A stretch of 16,676 nt of DNA from a virus (Duplodnaviria > Heunggongvirae > Uroviricota > Caudoviricetes): IMG/VR virus record IMGVR_UViG_3300014932_000131; one strand, given 5' to 3'. Below are positions 1 to 5,824 of the stretch, one piece after another (the stretch's first letter is position 1; each line of letters opens with the position of its first letter). The translations under genes and the position numbers were made by a program. The notes under the pieces are model-generated. The model was not told the origin of the DNA, made no database searches, and saw nothing but the letters and a program-made list of their open reading frames with translations.

Positions 1-211
1 ATAATTTCTTTAAATATGCAGATTTCTTATATTCAAATGTTCCAGGTTCATAATCTATATGTTCTTTTCTAAAAAATTTGTTTGTATACTTTTCTTTATT
101 TTCACAATAGTCTTCCACTGAAATACCATATCTATTACAAACATAGTACATTCTTATATACTCTTTTGTTTTAGGTTTTATACCATGGTTATATTTAGAT
201 TTTCCAGCCAC
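1..211 (-). CDS. Partial hypothetical protein (runs off the window); possibly an endonuclease VII-like or homing endonuclease
   Basis: Not in the ORF track. A GTG at 211-209 overlaps the TAG of the upstream gene, and the frame is open to the window edge: (M)AGKSKYNHGIKPKTKEYIRMYYVCNRYGISVEDYCENKEKYTNKFFRKEHIDYEPGTFEYKKSAYLKKL. The ending resembles the 'LKRKYGIT' lead-in of Endo VII-like domains, but no catalytic part is visible. Confidence 0.55.
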   Translation of the reverse strand, partial: MAGKSKYNHGIKPKTKEYIRMYYVCNRYGISVEDYCENKEKYTNKFFRKEHIDYEPGTFEYKKSAYLKKL

Positions 212-498
212 TATTCTGATAAATTTATTTCAAATACAATTGTTGCTGAGCTTTTAATGCTCTTAGATAAGTCTAACTTAATCTGAAATAGGTTATGGAA
301 CTTTAATAATTCCTCTAATAACATCTCATTATACATAGGCAGGGATGCTGCTATTCTAAAATGATATGAATTAGGATTCTTAGTTACTTCCATTATAGAA
401 AGTTCGTCCACAGAATCTATAATTCCTTCTAAATGAGCAAAATATGCAATCTCGTTATCTGGCATCACCTCAGAAAAGAATTTCTTACTAATTTGCAT
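211..498 (-). CDS. Hypothetical protein (95 aa)
   Basis: ORF whose ATG overlaps the upstream stop (TAATG at 498). No recognisable motif. Confidence 0.8.
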   Translation of the reverse strand: MQISKKFFSEVMPDNEIAYFAHLEGIIDSVDELSIMEVTKNPNSYHFRIAASLPMYNEMLLEELLKFHNLFQIKLDLSKSIKSSATIVFEINLSE

Positions 499-914
499 TA
501 AGACTGGGTTAACAAGAATAATGTTTTAGATGCTTCTCCTCCTAAACTTTGTGCAAGATTGGATATGTCTCCATATCCTTTAGCATTTCCAAAGCTTTCT
601 AATTGTTTAGCAAATGTTCTTACATCTGTAACTAGTTTAGAAGGAGCTCCAGGAATATAGTCTGTAAGAGCATCAATTTTATATGCTTTTAATTTTCTTC
701 CCTCATAGCCCATCAATTTTTCTAAGATTTCATCTTTAGCATCTACAATATAATCCCAGAAGTTCAAAGCTGAATGCTCAGCATGACTAGGTGTTTGTAA
801 ATGTAATAAATGAATTTGTTCAAAGAAATAGGACATTTTTGCAGCCACAGTTTCTATTGTTAATTCTCCCCCAGAACTACTCATCATGTCCTGTGGAAAT
901 AATGATTTTGCCAT
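498..914 (-). CDS. Ferritin-like/Dps-like four-helix protein (DUF5856-like)
   Basis: Helical pattern QIHLLHLQTPSHAEHSALNFWDYIVDAKDEILEKLMG, with His/Glu/Asp spacing like phage ferritin-like proteins (HxQT...EHxAL...D...E). Confidence 0.7.
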   Translation of the reverse strand: MAKSLFPQDMMSSSGGELTIETVAAKMSYFFEQIHLLHLQTPSHAEHSALNFWDYIVDAKDEILEKLMGYEGRKLKAYKIDALTDYIPGAPSKLVTDVRTFAKQLESFGNAKGYGDISNLAQSLGGEASKTLFLLTQS

Positions 915-916
915 TA

Positions 917-1042
917 TTAGTGGGTTTCAGGTTCTTCAGTAGGTGCTACAGTTGTAGTAGTAGTTGTTGTTGAAGCTTCAGTTTTGCCAGTGATTTCTTT
1001 CACTTTAGCAATACTAGCTTTTAATTTTTCAAAGTCTGTCAT
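917..1042 (-). CDS. Micro-protein (41 aa) with a poly-Thr tract
   Basis: Below the ORF-track cutoff. Translated by hand as MTDFEKLKASIAKVKEITGKTEASTTTTTTTVAPTEEPETH*. It fills the gap between two minus-strand genes, has an A-rich upstream region, and the Thr run uses mixed ACA/ACT codons. Confidence 0.75.
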   Translation of the reverse strand: MTDFEKLKASIAKVKEITGKTEASTTTTTTTVAPTEEPETH

Positions 1043-1056
1043 TGTTAAAGTTTTAA

Positions 1057-1485
1057 TTAGTCAGCAAATGAAAATGCCTGAAGAGCAGTAGCTCCACTAC
1101 CAACAAATATTGCAGCAGTTGTAGCATTAGGATTAAATACTAAGTCACCACCTACCACAGTAAATTTACCAAGGTATTGTAATGTACTATTGTAATAAGC
1201 AGCTAATTCAGCTACATTATTTACTGTTGTATTATTGGCATAAGTATAGATGTATTGACCATTTCCACCATCACCTTGTATTACAAAGTCTGGATAAGAA
1301 AATGGAAACGAAGTTTGTACATCTACTACCACTGGTGATTGGTCATAGTTACAACATTGGTAACTTTGTATTTGTTGGAAGTTTCCAACTGTAGGCTTCT
1401 TCTTTCTGAAGATAAGACTACCTGCAACTACTCTCCCACTACCATCGTAGCGGACAAATGCTTTAAGATCTCTAAGATTTCCCAT
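1057..1485 (-). CDS. Hypothetical protein (142 aa), possibly virion-associated
   Basis: Basic N-terminal module (LKAFVRYDGSGRVVAGSLIFRKKKP...YQCCN) followed by a beta-rich, aromatic C-terminal part. No signal peptide. Confidence 0.8.
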   Translation of the reverse strand: MGNLRDLKAFVRYDGSGRVVAGSLIFRKKKPTVGNFQQIQSYQCCNYDQSPVVVDVQTSFPFSYPDFVIQGDGGNGQYIYTYANNTTVNNVAELAAYYNSTLQYLGKFTVVGGDLVFNPNATTAAIFVGSGATALQAFSFAD

Positions 1486-1503
1486 TTTTTAAATTTTTTA
1501 TGG

Positions 1504-2520
1504 TTAATAGTTAAGGTTATATAAATTTTTCAATTCCAAAAGTTTTGTAACATAGTAATAAGTACCATATTGTCTTGATTGTTCATTATTAGCTACAGCT
1601 AATATCTGACTATCTGTAAAAGGATCTTTACCTGTGTGGTATGTTCCTTTATAGAACGCAGGATATCCATTCATCTCTTTAGATGTAATCCCTGCATTGT
1701 GAAACAATCCTAATTTTTCTACCTTCTCCATAGGATCTGATGCCCAAGAGAAGTCCATTTCAGGAATGTTTTTAGTTTCATGGTCTTTTAACCATAGGTT
1801 CCATAACACAGCCCACATATCTGCACACCAGCTTTGAAACCCTTTATCTTCATTAGCAAAGAATTGCTTGTTTACATGTTGAAGATATTTACGGATGATA
1901 ATACAATCATTCATAACCTTGTGCCAGAAGTTAGCATCTACATTCTTTAAGAAGTATTGAGCTCCTCCAGAATTTAGATTATTTTCTTCAGCTATTTCTC
2001 TAGTGATTCCTATCAGGCTTGTAAGCTCTGCTAAAATGTCTCTAGTTTTGTATTCTTCCAGCTTTTCTGGCAGAACATCTTTTATTTTACTATCAAAATA
2101 TGAAGCATTAATGTAGCTATTTGTATCAGAAAGATAACAAACATCATCATTTATGTATTGATCTATATTAAATTTATCTGTAAACAGAATATCACAGTCA
2201 CAATAAAACACTGCTTTTGTTATCATATCAGGATGTTCCTGAAAGTATTTCATTAAGACAAATGGACGTAGAACAGGAATATAAACTCCTAATTGTTGAC
2301 TAACATCACCATTGTCTTTATAATAAGCAAAGGTTGCTTCTGGATATAAATCTGATATCTTCTTCCATTTATCACTTTTCTCTCTAAAGCTTGGTGTATA
2401 TACTAATACAATAGCCTTGTCTGAGTGCCCAAGTTTCTTCAAACTTTCTAACCATAAATGTACCTGCCATGTGTAATAGGTATCATCTGGTTGAGCACAG
2501 ATAAACTTTAAATCCTTCAT
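1504..2520 (-). CDS. GT-A fold glycosyltransferase, HPAT/SERGT (GT95/GT96)-like
   Basis: DxD motif (FYCDCDILF). YYTWQVHLW, VLRPFVLMKYF, GGAQYFL and SWCADMWAV parallel motifs I recall from plant hydroxyproline O-arabinosyltransferases and peptidyl-serine galactosyltransferases (YxxWQ, NRP/NKP, DxD/EPD, GWxxEMY). Confidence 0.65.
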   Translation of the reverse strand: MKDLKFICAQPDDTYYTWQVHLWLESLKKLGHSDKAIVLVYTPSFREKSDKWKKISDLYPEATFAYYKDNGDVSQQLGVYIPVLRPFVLMKYFQEHPDMITKAVFYCDCDILFTDKFNIDQYINDDVCYLSDTNSYINASYFDSKIKDVLPEKLEEYKTRDILAELTSLIGITREIAEENNLNSGGAQYFLKNVDANFWHKVMNDCIIIRKYLQHVNKQFFANEDKGFQSWCADMWAVLWNLWLKDHETKNIPEMDFSWASDPMEKVEKLGLFHNAGITSKEMNGYPAFYKGTYHTGKDPFTDSQILAVANNEQSRQYGTYYYVTKLLELKNLYNLNY

Positions 2521-2547
2521 ATATGTAGTTTGTTGGTTTTCTCTTTA

Positions 2548-2700
2548 TTAAGGAGTAGCAGTAGTTGTTGTGGTAGTTGTAGTTTGTGTATTCTTAACTA
2601 CAGCTCCAACTTGGCCAATTAAAGCCTCTAATTGCTTGGATATTTCCCAAAGGAGGTTATCTGTTGTCCCCCAACCTATCTGTCTTGATGGTATTGCCAT
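2548..2700 (-). CDS. Micro-protein (50 aa) with a C-terminal poly-Thr tail
   Basis: Below the ORF-track cutoff. Translated by hand as MAIPSRQIGWGTTDNLLWEISKQLEALIGQVGAVVKNTQTTTTTTTTATP*. It is the first gene after the promoter at 2720-2749 and ends in tandem TAA TAA. Confidence 0.8.
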   Translation of the reverse strand: MAIPSRQIGWGTTDNLLWEISKQLEALIGQVGAVVKNTQTTTTTTTTATP

Positions 2701-2719
2701 GATATAAAAAATTAATGTT

Positions 2720-2749
2720 CAAAGATATGTCGTTTTTGACTATAATCAA
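2720..2749 (-). promoter_or_regulatory. Bacteroidota housekeeping-sigma promoter (-33/-7)
   Basis: On the minus strand, TTG (2749-2747), a 19-nt spacer, then TATCTTTG (2727-2720) match TTG-N19-21-TAnnTTTG. The motif lies 20 nt upstream of the ATG at 2700. Confidence 0.7.
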
Positions 2750-2770
2750 TGAGCTTGATAAAATTGGTAT

Positions 2771-2798
2771 AATCAAATTAATTATAATTAAATTGATT
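2771..2798. repeat. 28-bp near-perfect AT-rich palindrome
   Basis: AATCAAATTAATTATAATTAAATTGATT is self-complementary except for one mismatched pair. It lies between the stop of the beta-barrel-like gene and the downstream promoter. Confidence 0.7.
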
Positions 2799-4047
2799 AG
2801 AGATTTATTTTACTTCCCACCACCATGAATACCAATGAAGGCATACTTGGATTAGTGCTAAGACTTGTCTTTAATCCTGTATTAAATTTAAATCTCTTGG
2901 TTATCGAATAGTCTATATTGAAGCCTGTAAGGAACGTCATATCTTCACTTATTGTAAAGGTGTTATCTTTTGTTCCATAAGTTACAGGGCTCCCAGATAT
3001 ATATAAATCAGGAGATATAGTTAGTTTTCTATTGATACTGAATGGTTTAGTATAAAATAATAATAGAGAATGTGTTGTTGTATATTGTTTTTTGTTTAGT
3101 CCATAACTTGCAGAAGCTATACTAAGTGTCATGTTACCTCCTGTTACCCCCCAGTTACCCATTGGATAGATGTAAGCATAAGTTATAAACCCAAATACAT
3201 TACCAAAAGCATAAGCCACGGTTGCACCATAGTTAGATATACTTTGTAGTTTACCATCTACTATATTCATCTGTGTATATCTACTAGATAGAGCGAATTG
3301 TTGAAGATTACTCCATACCATTCCTGTAAGTCCCCAGCTTACGTCACCTGCCATAGATGATTGTGATATACCACTAGTTACTATTAAGTTAACTGAACCA
3401 TCTAAAGTTTGTCCACCAGTAAGATCAGAGTTAAATAGTATGGGATTCATTTTAGCTCCACCACCCTTTCCACCTGAGGACTTACCCCCTCCCCCCTTGC
3501 TTTCAGATTTGCTTTCTGATTTTGATTCTGACTTGCTCTCTCCTGAACTACTAGATTCACTTTTACTTTCTCCAGAACTTGAACTACTAGAGCTTGATTC
3601 AGAACTGGTTGTAGAAGAAGAACTTGATGCTGAACTAGCAGCAGCAGAACTAGCACTAGAAGCTGCTGATGATGCTGCAGAGCTTGTAGCAGCTCCAACA
3701 GCTGAACTAGCTGCTGAACTAACAGCTGAGCTTACTGCAGAGGATACAGCAGAGGCTGTAATTTGAGTAGTAGTTGATGCACTTTGTGCAACAGAACAAG
3801 GAGATAATGCTCTATATTGTTCATAAACTTGGTTAATCCATATTTGAAATGCTCCATTTGACACATCAGCAGATGTGAAAGTTCTTGACTTATTGTAGAA
3901 TACAATAGTAGTGCTTCCAGTAATAGGTATACTAAAAACACTAACAACCTTTGTACAGGGATCAATAAATGTCTGTATTAGAGTTTGAGAATAAGTTATT
4001 ATTGGTAGTATTACTACTAATATAACCATTAATATAAACCTTCTCAT
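2797..4047 (-). CDS. Secreted protein with a Ser/Ala-rich linker and a C-terminal outer-membrane beta-barrel-like domain
   Basis: Signal peptide MRRFILMVILVVILPIITYS|Q. A ~110-aa N-terminal domain is followed by a ~100-aa S/A/E/K/G low-complexity linker. The C-terminal half has alternating hydrophobic/aromatic beta-strands and ends ...FMVVGSKINL. Confidence 0.7.
   Translation of the reverse strand: MRRFILMVILVVILPIITYSQTLIQTFIDPCTKVVSVFSIPITGSTTIVFYNKSRTFTSADVSNGAFQIWINQVYEQYRALSPCSVAQSASTTTQITASAVSSAVSSAVSSAASSAVGAATSSAASSAASSASSAAASSASSSSSTTSSESSSSSSSSGESKSESSSSGESKSESKSESKSESKGGGGKSSGGKGGGAKMNPILFNSDLTGGQTLDGSVNLIVTSGISQSSMAGDVSWGLTGMVWSNLQQFALSSRYTQMNIVDGKLQSISNYGATVAYAFGNVFGFITYAYIYPMGNWGVTGGNMTLSIASASYGLNKKQYTTTHSLLLFYTKPFSINRKLTISPDLYISGSPVTYGTKDNTFTISEDMTFLTGFNIDYSITKRFKFNTGLKTSLSTNPSMPSLVFMVVGSKINL
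3447..3770 (-). repeat. Coding low-complexity repeat (ASSAVSSAVSS..., SSSSSSS, ESKS x n, GGKGGG)
   Basis: Read directly from the translation of 2797..4047. Codons are degenerate, so this is not an exact tandem DNA repeat. Boundaries are approximate. Confidence 0.8.
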
Positions 4048-4766
4048 TATTTAGTAAAGATTCCTTTTTTCACCATTCTATCCAAGATTCTAGCACAAGC
4101 TATATCTAGAGCCTTTTTAGTTGCAATACTAATTGTTGATTGGTTAAATTTCACAGGATCTAATGCAGCATCTGAAGTTATACCAGCAGTTTCTTTAGTT
4201 GTTTTTGCATCACCAAGACCAGAGCCACTAAACACCACTCCAGTTTCAGCATCTGTGAATCTAACTTGTAGACCAATTCGTGTGACCACAAGTTGCTTTG
4301 TACCATCTTTAAGGCTAATAGCCTCATCTTCTGAAATACTATAATCATAACATTCTATTGTAACAAAATATTTAGCTAAGTTGATCTTTCCTCGACCATC
4401 TAGCTTGTTCTCAGATATACCTGCTTGGCTAGCCTGGAACTGTTTCACCATCCTATTCTTAATTTCAGTTTTATCTTCAGTAAACTTAAACCTATTAAGG
4501 TTTTCTAAATACTCCATAGATATATTAGCCACACCTAACCCCACACGTTTTTCCTTAAGCTCAGGATACATCTCATACATTTCATCATTGATACCACACT
4601 TCAGGATTTGAATAGGAATTTGAGGTCCTTCATAATCCATAAAGCTTGATATATCAATAGCCTTCTCAAAGCTAGCCTTGTATTGCTCTGTAGAGGTTTT
4701 TGCAAGTTGAGCTTGTAACAAATTAGTATATAAAATTGTTACAAAAAGTATTAATAATTGTTTCAT
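4047..4766 (-). CDS. CsgG-like (curli assembly/transport family) secreted protein
   Basis: Signal peptide ending LLQA|Q. Segments RVGLGVANISMEYLENLNRFKFTE, QFQASQAG, AKYFVTIECYDY and IGLQVRFTDAETGVVFSGSGLG follow the CsgG/TolB-N/FlgT-like topology. There is no lipobox, unlike enterobacterial CsgG. Confidence 0.7.
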   Translation of the reverse strand: MKQLLILFVTILYTNLLQAQLAKTSTEQYKASFEKAIDISSFMDYEGPQIPIQILKCGINDEMYEMYPELKEKRVGLGVANISMEYLENLNRFKFTEDKTEIKNRMVKQFQASQAGISENKLDGRGKINLAKYFVTIECYDYSISEDEAISLKDGTKQLVVTRIGLQVRFTDAETGVVFSGSGLGDAKTTKETAGITSDAALDPVKFNQSTISIATKKALDIACARILDRMVKKGIFTK

Positions 4767-5128
4767 TAATGTCTGATTCTTCCATGTGAATGTCCTCTAA
4801 TTATAGTATAAGGTATATACTGTTGAGGTACAACTATTGGATATGAATGATAAAAAAATGGGGTTGATGTGATGTTAAAACTAGCTTGTGGAGTCATAGA
4901 AGTACCATCACTATAATATTTTTGAATAGTATGCACTTGCTTGCCTGTACTATCTGTTGTAATAGTTTCTACAATATGATAAGGTGTATTACAACTCACA
5001 ATAAATATTACAATAATTAACATTGCTATTTTCTTTAGCACTGCTAAATTAGCTTTAACTAATTCTAACTTTTTAATTCCAGAGCGTATGCTACGCATAG
5101 GTCTCTTTTTAGGTGCTGCACTTCCCAT
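4766..5128 (-). CDS. Putative lipoprotein with a basic N-terminal extension (start uncertain; internal ATG at 5023)
   Basis: A Lys/Arg-rich first 35 aa, then MLIIVIFIVS|C (lipobox-like Cys, codon 4991-4993), then a short beta-rich region and a Pro/Tyr/His-rich tail. Confidence 0.6.
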   Translation of the reverse strand: MGSAAPKKRPMRSIRSGIKKLELVKANLAVLKKIAMLIIVIFIVSCNTPYHIVETITTDSTGKQVHTIQKYYSDGTSMTPQASFNITSTPFFYHSYPIVVPQQYIPYTIIRGHSHGRIRH

Positions 5129-5131
5129 AAT

Positions 5132-5464
5132 TTACCATTTAGGATCTTGATTTTTAAATTCATCTCCTTCCTTTTTCTTAGGAGCTGGAGCTGGTTGACT
5201 TGCTTTTTCTTTCTCTTTAATTACCACTGTCTTAGTTCCAGCAGCTTGTTGTTGCTGAGGAATATTAATGTTAATTGATTGAGGTTGAACTTGTTTATCA
5301 CTCTCTTTAGGCTTTTGTAAGTAGGTCATTAAGAATGCACCACCTGCAGTGACTAAAGTACCAACAGTACCAATGATTGTTTTTTTCAAACCACTCATTG
5401 AACCATCATTATGTTTTTCGTTTTTCTCCATTTTGTCCTCTGGAGATTGTTCTTTCTTAGCCAT
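5132..5464 (-). CDS. Membrane-anchored hypothetical protein (110 aa)
   Basis: One hydrophobic segment (TIIGTVGTLVTAGGAFLMTYL) with charged and Q/P/K-rich, probably disordered flanks. Confidence 0.75.
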   Translation of the reverse strand: MAKKEQSPEDKMEKNEKHNDGSMSGLKKTIIGTVGTLVTAGGAFLMTYLQKPKESDKQVQPQSININIPQQQQAAGTKTVVIKEKEKASQPAPAPKKKEGDEFKNQDPKW

Positions 5465-5823
5465 TATTTTATAGTTATAGGTGTTTTAGATTCATTTCCT
5501 TGAATATCAAGTAGATGTATATCATAATTTAGTTTCTTCACTGTAGATAGATCGTACACTCTAGTTACAAGAGCAGTGCTTGCTGTAAATCCTTCTTTTA
5601 TAGTTGGTGTACTAGAGTTAAATGGAATGATTTGTACAGAGTATTTAGATCCTGAAGTTACAGCAAATGTAGCGGTAACAACATTATTAGTTTGTATAAC
5701 ACTAACAATGGAAGTTGATGTAGCTTTAATACCTAAATCAATTCCTATTGGTGTTGGTTGAGTAATTGTTTTAGTACAACCAGATATTATAATTAAGGCA
5801 CAGCAGATTTTTATAATTTTCAT
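5464..5823 (-). CDS. Putative lipoprotein with an Ig-like domain resembling a T9SS C-terminal sorting domain
   Basis: Lipobox MKIIKICCALIIISG|C. The C-terminus YSVQI...YDLSTVKKLNYDIHLLDIQGNESKTPITIK resembles the type A T9SS CTD pattern (..D-l-S-x-L-x-x-G-x-Y..K-x-x-x-K). Confidence 0.6.
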   Translation of the reverse strand: MKIIKICCALIIISGCTKTITQPTPIGIDLGIKATSTSIVSVIQTNNVVTATFAVTSGSKYSVQIIPFNSSTPTIKEGFTASTALVTRVYDLSTVKKLNYDIHLLDIQGNESKTPITIK

Positions 5824-5824
5824 A

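Noticed and set aside
940-985. Thr runs as phase-variable simple sequence repeats
   Set aside because: They are trinucleotide-based with mixed codons (ACA/ACT/ACC), so slippage would not shift the frame, and they are not perfect microsatellites.
791-1524. Plus-strand ORFs 791..973, 1182..1394 and 1339..1524
   Set aside because: Antisense shadows of well-formed, coupled minus-strand genes, with no motifs or promoter.
3440-3965. ORFs 3440..3766 (+), 3447..3698 (-) and 3732..3965 (-)
   Set aside because: By-products of the low-complexity Ser/Ala linker and AT-rich codon usage within 2797..4047; alternative frames of the repeat lack stops.
4381-5761. Plus-strand ORFs 4381..4611 and 5576..5761
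   Set aside because: Fully antisense to the CsgG-like and lipoprotein genes; no independent support.
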